From Mobula hypostoma (Eukaryota), in NCBI RefSeq assembly GCF_963921235.1, contig NC_086097.1, positions 109,990,001-110,054,000 on the forward strand: a stretch of 64,000 bases of DNA, written 5' to 3'. Of the stretch, positions 34,775-46,029 are shown one piece after another (the stretch's first letter is position 1; each line of letters starts with the position of its first letter). The notes beneath the pieces are model-generated. The model was not told the DNA's origin. It made no database searches and saw only the letters and a list, made by a program, of their open reading frames with translations. Position numbers and translations under genes: made by a program.

Positions 34775-36995
34775 ATTAAACTGGAGTTCTGGCTAGTTTT
34801 CCAGAGGTGCAGGGATGATATATGATGAGCATTTGATGGCTTTGGAGAATGAGGGAGGGGGGTCTCATTGCACCCTTTCAGACATTGAAAGACCAAGTCA
34901 GAGTGGATGCAGAAAAGGTGTTTCCAATAGTGGGGGAGTCTACGACCAGAGGCTCAGCCTTGGAATGCAAGGACATCCCTTTAGAACAGAAATAAGGAGG
35001 AATGTCCTTATTCAGAGGGTGGTTAATGTGTAATTCATTGCCATGGATGGCATTGGTCCTATTAAAAGGAGAAGTTGATAGGTCCTTGATTAGTAAGGGG
35101 AGAGGGCAGGGGAAAGGGGTTGAGAGGAAACATAAATTAGCCATGATAGAATGGCACAGTAGACACAATGGAGCAAAGTGGCCTAACTCTGCTCCTCTGT
35201 CTCATAATTGAAGACCAAAAGAAGTTCTGCAGTCGTTTAAAGTTGGCTTGGCACTAAATTTTCCAGGCAATAAGGGAAGTAGTAATTGCTGCCCAACGAG
35301 CAAAGTGAATATGTGAAATGAAAGCATGTTCATTAGCCACAGACACTCCCATTCCATCAACACATAGATAGACTACAACCAGAAAAGGATCTTGAGTGGA
35401 CAACTCATGCTCCTAATTTGTGTGTTCATTCAAATGTGCACACAATTCCTACAGATAGAGATACTGTCATGTTTTGTCTGACTGCTTCCTTCTCATAGTA
35501 ACTGCTGGCTGTTTCCAGCATCCATCTCAAACTTAATGATACTGATAATGAGCAAGGTGAAGGAGGATAGTGAAGATAGTCAATGCAAGAGTGCTGCACA
35601 TTATTGAAAATCAAAAAAGAAAAATCAAACAAACAGATGTTGGAAAGCAAATACAAAACAACAAAAGTTGGTATAACTTTGTGAATGGAACATCATGTCT
35701 CTCAAAATTGACTGAGTTTCTGGAAGTGACCAAGAAGATTGATGAGGGCAGCAAGGTTGATGTAGGCTATATGGACTTTGGCAAAGTTCTGCATGGCAGG
35801 ATGCTATGAGAGGTTAGATCCCAGGGAGAGCTGCCTATTTGGATACATAATTGGTGCGATGGTAGGAGGCAGAGAGTGATGGTGAAAGATTGAAAAGTTG
35901 CTATTCAGACTAGAGTCCGATAATGACTGGTGTTCCACTATTTGCAATCTCTATCAGTGATTTAGATGAAAATGTACGAGACATGGTACATTTACAAATG
36001 ACACTAAAATAAATGATGTTGTTGAGAATGAAGATGGTTTACAGAGGGAGCTTGATCTGTCAGAAGTCATCATTGAGCCCTCCTGAGATATAGTGGGCTA
36101 ATCAATGAAACATCAAGGAAGAAGGGTGCCCACTCGAAATCCCCTGTGCGTCAACCCTGTGCCAATCCCAACATCAAGGTGGTCTCAAGCAAGTGCTCAT
36201 GACCCATTGGAATCAGGGATATTAACATCTTATCCTGAGTTTTTTGATCTTGCTGGGTAAGGAGGCCAATAATGGGAAATAGAGTTTAATGCAGATAAAT
36301 ACATTAATACTGCATTTTGGGGGGAAAATCAGGATAAGACGATTATAGTGAATACTAAGCCCTGGGGAGTGTTGTAGAAGACGCAGTTTTGGGACATGAT
36401 TCCCTTTAAGTGACATCACACATAGACAAAGTGGTAAAGGTTTTTAGTAAGCTGAACTTCATCAGTCAGGACATTGAGTATAGAGGTTGAGATGTTATGT
36501 TGCATTTACTCAAGACGTTGGTAAGGCTGCATTTGAATACTGGGTTCAGTTTTGGTCTCCCTATTATAGGAAAGATGCCATTGGTCTGGAAAGAGTTCAG
36601 GTAACTGGTCTAAATATTGAGGGACTAACTTATGGAGAGATGTTGAGGTTAGGACCTTCCTCACTAGAGCATGGGGAAATGAGGGGTCATCTTACATAGG
36701 TGTACATAATTATGAAGAGCATAGACAGTGTCAATGTGCAGTCTTTTTCTCGGGTTGGGGAAAACAAGAGCTGGGGAAATAAGTTTAAATTGAAAGGAGA
36801 GATTTAGTAGGAATCTGAGGGCAACCTTTTCACCCAGAGCATGGTCAGTACATGGAATGAGCTGCTAGAGGAAGTGATTGACTCAGGCACATTAACAACA
36901 TTTAAAAAGTTCATGGATTGGGAAGGTTTAGGAGGATCTGGACCAGATGGAAATCTTGGTCAGCATAGACCAATTGGGCTGAAGAATTAGGCTCT
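34775..36995 (+). mobile_element. Decayed CR1 fragments (34775-35205; 35650-36995)
   Basis: Remnants SCLSKLTEFLEVTKKIDEG..VDVGYMDF and EYWVQFWSPYYRKD; CR1-type 3' ends. Confidence 0.8.
36059..36243 (+). mobile_element. Unclassified ~185-bp insertion with 7-bp TSD inside CR1
   Basis: ttgatct at 36052-36058 and 36244-36250; the CR1 sequence resumes across it. Confidence 0.55.
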
Positions 36996-37038
36996 TTAAC
37001 TCTTCAGGTCAAGCCCACTTTAGTGGGACAAGAAACAA

Positions 37039-37075
37039 AGCTGACATTTCAGGTCAAAGGTCCTTAATCAGAGCT
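37039..37075 (-). ncRNA. Divergent hammerhead-like motif (second PLE family)
   Basis: Minus strand reads AGCT-CTGATTA-AGGAC-CTTT-GACCT-GAAAT-GTC-AGCT, preceded by a pyrimidine-rich pLTR-like tract. Confidence 0.45.
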
Positions 37076-38069
37076 GGGAAGGAGAGAAAGGTGTAGGGAG
37101 CATGGTGGGGGAAGGGGTGGGAAATAGAGTGGACCTAGAATGACCAGGAAGGCATACACAGGGGGTGAGGCTGTATATGTCCTATATTTCTTGACAAATA
37201 AAAAATATAAGGTGATCCATTACTGTAGGGTTAAATTAAATCTCCATCTATCTACCATTGGTCAGTTTAATGCTAAATCTCCAAACCACATTCCCAAGGC
37301 ACCCAGATTCAATTTAATTCCTCAAATTTCTGTCTGTAAGCACTTCTAGGTCAACACTCTTTTCCACAAACCTTTTTGGCTGCAGCCCATTGTGGTTCTA
37401 ACAAAAATGGATGCAGGTGACTTTGATCCTTGATTTGCTCATCGAGATGCCCTTATATGACATTCACCTGCTATAGACTGGGCTACTTCTACCTTGGCAG
37501 TGCATGGTATCCTGACTGAGGGTGAGGCAATGGGTGAAAAGAGAAGTTGTGTCACGGAGAAACCCTTCTTCCTTATGCCAATGACTATCATTCCACATGT
37601 TAGCTCTTTCAGCACATTTTGCTACACCACATTTGGTCACTTCATCCAAAAATCATAAATACAAATTGTAAATAGTTGACACCAAAACATCAATTACTGA
37701 GTGTCAATCAAAAAATGGTTACCAACTTTACAGTCTATATTCTCAACCTCACGTACTCTTATCTAGTGTCATATTTAAATGGCACCTCATCAAAGGCCTT
37801 CTGGAAATCCAGATCCATACATCTTCTGGTGTTCTTTCATAGCACCACAGAATGCTGACTGTGCACGTGACCATTCACTCTTTCATGCCTAACCTGGCGA
37901 TCTACCAGAACAATTCTCTAGTTCCACTCACTGGCCCTTTCTCTGTAGTATTGCAGATTATTTTCAGCACATATTTAGCCAATTCCCTGTTGAAGGACAC
38001 AATATAACCCACTACTACCATGTCTGCAAGGATACTTTGTCCAGACACCTCACTGAGGTACAGAGAGAT

Positions 38070-39650
38070 TTTGAGGTCCAGGATCTTTGCTCACTGAAAG
38101 TGGCTACACAAGTGGATATGCTTATATCCACTTAGCATAGCATATGTCATGCTTGCCTTCATTTGTGGAAGTGTTGAGTAGAAGACTTAAGGAAATTGTG
38201 CTGCAGCTAAATAAAACTTTAGAAAGGCCACAGATGGAGTACTCTATGTCATTCTAGTCATTCCATTATATGAAGGATGTGGAGAAGGTGCAGAAAAGAT
38301 TTACAAGGCTGTTGCCTGTTTTGGAGGATATGAGCTATAAGGAAAGGTTGAAAAACTTAGGTTGACTTCCATAGTTTGTCAGAGGCTGAGGGGAGACTGG
38401 CAGATATTTTTTATAATTATAAAAGGACTAGTTAGGATAGGCTCTCAGAATAATGTTCCAGATAGAAATAACACGAGAGAACATGCATAACATGCTTTAA
38501 GATTTTAAGGTGAGGGGTTGGGGGGGACTGTTGGTGTGGGGATGTGTGGAACTACAGAGAATGGAAGGCGCCTGGGACAGATTACCCAAGTTAGTATTTG
38601 TATGAGGCAGTTTAGTGGAATTTAAGAGACTTTTGGATGGACAAATGAATATGAAGGGAATGGGGAGATACAGAGAAAGAGGGCATTTACTGCAAATTGA
38701 CGTTAAGATTGGCACATCTTAAGCTGACTAGCCTATCCAGTGCTGTATTGTTCTATGTTACACATTATGTTCAAAATGCACTGAAAGATTATGGTCAACA
38801 TCCTCGTGATTTTCTTCTGCAATTCCCTCAAAGTCTTAGGATGACTCCCAACCATCAAGAGACCTGGATCACCTCCAATTTGCCTACTATCACAACAGGA
38901 CAACAGCAGATGCCATTCTATTGGCTCCTCACTCAACTCTGGAACATCTGGCCAGTGAAGATGATCCTCATTGAGTACACTCAGCATTCCATATTATCAT
39001 CCCCTCAAAACTAATCAATAAGCTTCAAAACCTAGGATTCAATACCTCCTTGTGCAACTGGATCCTCGATTTCTTCACTTGCAGACTCTAGTAGTTCAGA
39101 TTGTCAACAACATCTCTTCCACAATCTCCATCAGCACAGGTGCACTACAAGGCTGTGTTTTCCCCCCCTGCTCTAATTGCTTTATACTTATGACTGTGAG
39201 GCTAAGCACAGCTCCAATGACATATTTAAGTTTGCTGACAACACTGCTGTCATTGGCCAAATCAAAGATGATGACAAATCAGCATACAAGAGGGTGATAG
39301 AAAATCTGGCGGAGTGGTGATGTACCCATAACCTCTCATTCAACACCCACAAGACCAAGGAGTTGATTTTTGACTTCAGGAGGAGGAAACTGGAAGTCCA
39401 TGAGTCAGTTCTCATGGGGGGATCAGAGGGTCATAGGGTCAGTAACTTCAAATTCCTTGGTGTTGTAATTTCAGAGGTTCTCTCCTGTGTCCAGCACATA
39501 AGTACCATTATGAAGAAAACACGGCAGCACTTCTACATTCTTAAAAGTTTGTGACAATTCTGCATGTCACCTAAAACTTAGACAAACTTCTATAGATAGG
39601 TGGTGGAAAGTATATTGACTTTGATAATAAATTTACTTTGAATTTGAGCT
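38070..39650 (+). mobile_element. Decayed CR1 3' part (38070-38760) followed by decayed Rex1/Babar (38790-39650)
   Basis: CR1 C-terminal remnants; Rex1 RT remnants (ISISTGALQGCV, FDFRRRK..V.MGGSE..VSNFKFLGV). Confidence 0.75.
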
Positions 39651-39727
39651 TTGAATGAGTCTCCGTGGCTTACCTACTATAAGTTTCAACCAGGCCAGCT
39701 TGATGAAGTCACTGAATAACTACCAGC

Positions 39728-40814
39728 TGTCATGGTGCGTACTGACAAATGACTGAAACCAGGTGCGGAAGAACAACAGACTCTCATGGAGAGACAGAAA
39801 CAAGAGCTTATTCATAGGAATTCCAAAAGAACTTTGGTGGCTCAAACATCTCAAATCATTCTCAAAACACAAGACCCCACAACAAGCTCTAATCAGGAGT
39901 CCACTTTAAATAATCACAGTACACAGAAAACAGGTGCCAAACTAAACTCGATAAAAGAACAATTAACAAATACAGATGAGCAGGCCCACAGAGTTCATGA
40001 CAATACCACCCTCCCTCGGACCAGCACCTGAGAGCCGATGGAGCCCTGGGGAACTCGAGACAGGGCTGGTAAACTCAAGACAGACCTGATGCTCTTGAGG
40101 CAGGGCTGGTAAACTCAAGTCAGATCTGATGCTCACGAGACAAGACTGATAAACTCGAGACAGATCGGATGCTCTTGAGACAGGGTTGGTAAGCTCAGGA
40201 ACATTGTATATAACTCGAGAACATGGAATAGTCCTCAGAAACCTGGAGGGACATAGGAGACCCAGGAAACATTGACAACCTTGAATGTAAACTAGAGAAG
40301 CTCGGAACTTGGACTCAGGATGTGGACTCAGAAAATTCAGAAGGTAACCTTGGGAGACTTGGAACATAGCCTCAGGAAAGTCAGAATGTAGCCTTGGCAC
40401 TAGCACTGAGAATAGAAGGCATCCTCCCTTCCAGCCAACCAATGTCCAAGCTGACATTTAACTTCTGCTGGGTCCATTTATGGCACGGTCTTACTGTCAC
40501 GAGGTGCTGTGACATACCACTGAACCCAGATGCGGAGGAACAACAGACTCCCATGTAGAGATAGAAACAAGAGTTTATTCATAGGAATCCCGAAAGAACA
40601 TTGGTGACTTGACCAATCAAAACCACAAAACAAATCATTCTAGAAATGCAAAGACTCCGCGATAAATACTATTCAGGAGCCCACTAAGTAATCATAGTAT
40701 GTGGAAAACCTGTGCCAATCAAAATAAACGTGAAAAGATTAAACAGAAAGCACAGGGTCTTAAAGACTCTGGACAAGATAACTGCAGGTGCACAGGCCCA
40801 CAGGGCTCATGACA
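39728..40814 (-). mobile_element. Small non-autonomous Gypsy-type LTR element (two LTRs, ~490-bp internal region)
   Basis: Direct repeats 39728-40002 and 40495-40814, each TGTCA...TGACA. PPT (gagggagggtggtat on minus) at 40003-40017; gag-start-like ATGGACCCAGCAG just inside the 5' LTR. Confidence 0.8.
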
Positions 40815-40929
40815 GTCACCAACGTAACACCTGTAGAACCAGAGGAGCCAACACAAGTGACCACTGTTACACCACAATCAAGAACGCTTACTGTGCCATC
40901 TAACATCTACACACTGGAAAGTCCGATTA

Positions 40930-43900
40930 CATGGTTGTTCTTCTACTTCGAATGTACAGGCAGATTCTGAGGACTGCAGCACCAGTAGTGAGGAGCACAA
41001 ACATATGGTTAATGGAGGGTGAGGAGCACTTACAGGACTGCTTTAAATCAGCAAACTGTTCAATATTCAAGGATTTATCTTTGAATCTGAGTGAATATGC
41101 CATTGTTGTCGTCAACTTTATCTAGGCTTTCAAGAACATACTGTACATCTCCAAATTAAAGGTAGTAGATGAACTTGGAAACTCACAGTCTACTGAGGGC
41201 TGGATTGTGATACATCACTCCCAATTGAGTTCACCGCCTTTTATGCACACTTTGAAAGGGAGAATGAGACTACATCTGTGTGAGTCCCTGAAGAATCTCG
41301 TGACTCTGTAATCTCTGTCTCAGTTACCAATGTCAGAGCATCTTCCAAGAGTGCGAACCCTCGAAAGGCATCAAGCCCTGATGGTGCGCCTGGTAGTGCA
41401 CTGAAATCTTTTGCAACCAACTGGGGGAGCGTTCAAGGACATCTTCAATCTCTTACTACTGCAATCAAAGGTTCACACCTGCTTCAAAAGGACGACAATC
41501 AAACCAGTTCCTACGAAGAGCAGGGTGAGCTGCCTCAATGGCCATCACCGGGTTGCACTCAGATCTACTGTAATGAAATGCTTTGAGAGGTTGGTTATGG
41601 CCAGAATCAACTCCTGTCTAAGCAAGGACCTGGATCTACTGCAATTTGCAATTAGCCAAATAGGTCTCCAGAGGATGCAATCCCACTGGTTTTCCACTTG
41701 ACCTTGGACAAGCTGGACAATAGTAATACGTAAATTGGGCTATAATCTTAATTGATTACAGCTCAACATTCAACAACATCTTACTCTGAGTTCAAAACAT
41801 AGGCCTCTGTATGCTCTGCAACTGGATGCTTGACTTCCTCTATAGCAGACTACAGCCACTGTGGATCAGAAGTAGCATTCTTCCTTGCTGATAATCAACA
41901 CTGGCACATTTCAATGATACATTGTTAGCTAAATGCTCTATTCTCTCTCTCTACACCCATGTCCGTGTGGCTATGGACAGTTCAAATGCTATCTATAAAC
42001 TTTACGATATCACGACTATTGTTGGTAGAATTTCAGATGGTGACAGGAGGCGTAGAGGAGTGAGGTAGACCAGCTGGTTGAATGGTATTGCAACAACAAC
42101 CTCAACATCAATAAGACCAAGGAATTGATTGTGAGCTTCAGGAAGGTGAAGTCAAGAGACCATATACCAGTCATTATCAAAAGGATCAGCAGTGGAAAGG
42201 GTCCGGAGATTCAAGTTCTTCTGTGTAACATCTCTGAAGATCCATCCTGGGCCCAACATATTAATGCAATTACTTACTTCAGTGGTTGGCAAGTTGATGG
42301 AGAAGATCCTGAGGCAGGATTTATGAACATTTGGAGAGGCATGTTATGATTAGGAAGAGTCAGCATGGCTTTGTGAAAGGTAGGTCATGTCTTTCGAGCC
42401 TGATTGAATTTTTTGAGGTTGTGACTAACCACACTGATGAAGGAAGAGCAGTCGATGTGGTGTATACGGATTTCAGCAAGGCATGTGACAAAGCACCCCA
42501 TGAAAGGCTTATTGAGAAAGTAAGGAGTCATGAGAAAATTGCTTTGTGGATCCAGAACTGGTTTGCCCACAGAAGGCAAAGTGTGGTTGTAGACGGGTCA
42601 TATTCTGCATGGAGGCTGGTGACCAGTGATGTGCCTCGGGGATCTGTTCTGGGGCCCCTACTCTTCGTGATTTTTATAAATGACCTGGATGAAGAACTGG
42701 AGGGATGGGTTAGTAAATTTGCTGATGACACAAAGGTTGGAGGTATTGTGGATAGTGTGGAAGGCTGTCAGAGATTACGATGGGACATTGATAGGATGCA
42801 AAAATGGGCTGAGATGTGGCTGATGGAGTTGAACCCAGATAAGTGTGAGGTGGTTTATTTTGGTAGGTCCAATATGATGACAGAATATAGCATTAATGGT
42901 AAGACTCCTGGCAGTGTGGAGGATCAAAGGGATCTAGGGCTCCAAGTCCATAGGACACTCAAAGCTGCTGCGCAGGTTGACTCTGTGGTTAAGAAAGCAT
43001 ACAGTGCATTAACCTTCATCAATCATGGGATTGAGTTTAGGAGCCAAGAGGTAATGTTGCAGCTATATAGGAACGTGGTCAGACCCCATTTGGAGTAGTG
43101 TGCTCTGTTCTAGTCACCTCACTACAGGAAAGATGTGGAAAACATTAAAAGTGTGCAGAGGAGATTTACAAGGACGTTACCTGGATTGGGGAACAGGCCT
43201 TATGAGAATAGGTTGAGTGAACTCGGCCTTTTTTCCTTAGGGCGACGGAGAATGAGAGGTGACCTGCTAGAGGTGCATAAGATGATGAGAGACATTGATT
43301 GTGTGGATAGTCAGAGTCTTTTTCCCAGGGCGGAAATGGTTAGCTCGAGAGGCATATTTTTAAGGTGCTTGGAAGTAGGTACAGAGGAGATGTTGGGGTC
43401 AGTTTTTTACGCAGAGAGTGGTATAGAATGGGCCGGCGATGGTGGTGGAGGCGGATATGATAGGGTCTTTTAAGAGATTCCTGGACAGGTATATGGAGCT
43501 TAGAAGAATAGAGGACTATGGGTAACCCTAGGTAATTTCTCAGGTAAGAACATGTTCGGCACATCTTTGTGGGCTAAAGGGCCTGTATTGTGCTGTAGGT
43601 TTTCTATGTTTCTATAATTCTAATTACAAAGAAGCCAAAACAGCAATTATAATTCATTAGGATTTTGAGGAGATTTGGTATGCCACCAAAGACTCTAGGA
43701 AATTTCTACAGAAGTACGGTAGAGAGCATTCTAACTGATTGCATCACCATCTGGTATGGAGATGACAGGATCGGAAAAAGCTGCAGAACGTTATAAACTC
43801 AGCCAACTCGATCATAGTCACTAGCCTTTCCAGCATTGAGGACATCTTCAAAAGACAATGCCTCAAAAAGGCCGCATTCATCATTAACACCCATCACCCA

Positions 43901-44208
43901 GGACATGCTCCCTTCTCATTACTGCTATCAAGGAGGAGGTACAGGAGCCTGAAGACACACACTCAACATCTTAGAAACAGTTCTCACACCCCGCCATCAA
44001 ATTTCTGAATGGAACATGAACCCATGTACACTACCGCACTATTTTTTGCTCTCTTTTGCACTACTTACTTAATTTAACTTGATATGCTGTAGATATATTT
44101 TTTATTGCAAAATACAGATTTTTTATTATCTATTGCACTATATGGCAGCTGCAAAACAACAAATTCCACAATATACGTCATGCCAGTGATAGTAAACCTG
44201 ATTCTGAA
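40930..44208 (+). mobile_element. Decayed Rex1/Babar LINE interrupted by a CR1
   Basis: LQDCF, FKDIFNL..TCFKRTTI.PVP..VALRSTVMKCFERLV; resumes after 43622 and ends aaacctgattctga. Confidence 0.85.
42274..43621 (+). mobile_element. CR1 LINE, 5'-truncated, nested in Rex1
   Basis: ORF 42331-43098 is RT (SQHGFVKGRSCL, KFADDTK); (TTTCTATG)n tail; direct repeat aattac at 42268-42273 and 43622-43627. Confidence 0.92.
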
Positions 44209-45399
44209 ATTCATCCAGTGTTTCTATAGCCTCCATACAATGAGTTTTCCATGTACCCATTGTCTCAATGATATTCTTTTCCACTATTATCTTCCTCAAT
44301 GAAAATAGATGCAAGGTACCCATTTAGTACTTTAACACAGCCTTATGCATTCCTATTTTTCTCCCAAATGGACCCCACTCTTCCATCCACTTTTAATATT
44401 TGTATGCCTTGAATGGACTTTTGGATTCCCATTTATGTTGGTAGCTGATTTTTCTCATTGCCTTCATTGATTTTCTTATTTGCCCTTCTGATTCTTTTAC
44501 GATCAGCCGTTTTGTCTCCCCTAGTATTTACAATACTTGTTATGTGCAAGTTTTTTATCACTTTGCTTTATTTTGCATAAGGGTACCCTGATTGTGTAGT
44601 TTTTCATTTGTTTTACATGGAAATTGCCTCAACTATTCCTGGACCATCTTCTCCTTAAGGCAACCTATTGTTTGTTTGTTTTACCTTTTAGTTCAATATC
44701 ATGGGCCACATCCTGTTCCATTCTAGCTTAGTTGACCTTCCTAGAATTAATTATTTTTTTCTTTGAATTGTTTTGTTTTCTCCTTTATCAAACTAACCTT
44801 GTCTTTTAATGTAATGATCACCAACTTTTAAATGAAACTTGATACACGTGGTCCCCCTCATTTCCCAGAACCAGAGTCAGACTGGATTTTATTGCCCAAT
44901 GCACAAATACATGTATGTACAAGTACGATGAGAAAGTTACTTGCAGCAGCATTACTGCATCACGGGTACATTGTATTGGAATCAGTCCCAGCAATGTCTC
45001 CTTCCTCATTGGAACAGAAACATATTACTCCTAAATCACTCTTTAGAAACTGTTCACTCTCTGAGTTATGGTGTGGAAGATGGAAAGAACTTTGCAATCA
45101 GTTTAGACTAGTGATAATTATACATTCTTTTTAGTTTATTAAAACTTCATGACATGTGCAGCTAACATTAACCATTTTCATACCAGTGGTTTTAATAAAA
45201 TGTCTAAAAAGTGGTAAACACTTCGATTGGAGGTAATTGCTATGGTGGTAATCAAGTGACAGGAAATACGTGTCATGGTACAGGAAATTGTCTGATCAAG
45301 TGCTTAAAGGAAGGTGATTAAGAGAGCAAAAAAAGAGAATTTCTTTGGTCTGGCATTGAGGCGTGCTGAGGACCATAACAAAGAAGATTAGCTCATAAA

Positions 45400-45640
45400 C
45401 GTGACAAAGTCTGCAGATGCTGGAAATCCAAAGTAACATACGCAAAATGCTGGAGGAACTCAGCAAGCCAGGCAGCATCTATGGAAATGAATAAATAGTC
45501 GGTATTTTGGGCTGAGACCCTTCGTCAGGATTGAGAAGGAAGAGGCAAAATGCTATAATAAAAAGGTAGAAGGAGGGGTAGGAGGCTAGCTGGAAGGTGA
45601 TAGATGAAGCCAGGTGACGGGGAAAGGTCAAGACTTCATT
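45400..45640 (-). mobile_element. PLE pseudo-LTR fragment with degenerate hammerhead motif (45497-45531)
   Basis: Minus strand reads tcctgacgaagggtctcagcccaaaataccgact plus the shared tail; its upstream part is homologous to 62930-62997. Confidence 0.75.
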
Positions 45641-46029
45641 AGCTCATGTTTGGTTTTGCCAGCCCTTCAGAAAAGCACTGCTCTTCTCAATAGAACTGTT
45701 GCTCACACAGAATGCTAGTGAACGCAGCAGGTGCGTTGCTTCCTGGATCGACAGAGTAGACTTTGCCGTCATGTTGTAGATGTGGCCAAATGCTGTCAAA
45801 GATGTTGAAGACTCTTAGATTTGCTGTGATCAGAAACAGAAGAATGGATATGAGAAATGCATTTACTGGAATGATGCAAACCGTCAGTACAGCAAAGTCT
45901 TTTACTAATTAGATCAGAACCACATTCTGTAAATCAGTATTTTGGAACTCCCTTTCTGGTGTTAATACCATTTCTATGCCAGTTTATAGTGGAATAAACA
46001 TAGTCCCCTATTATAACTCCACTGCCGAT

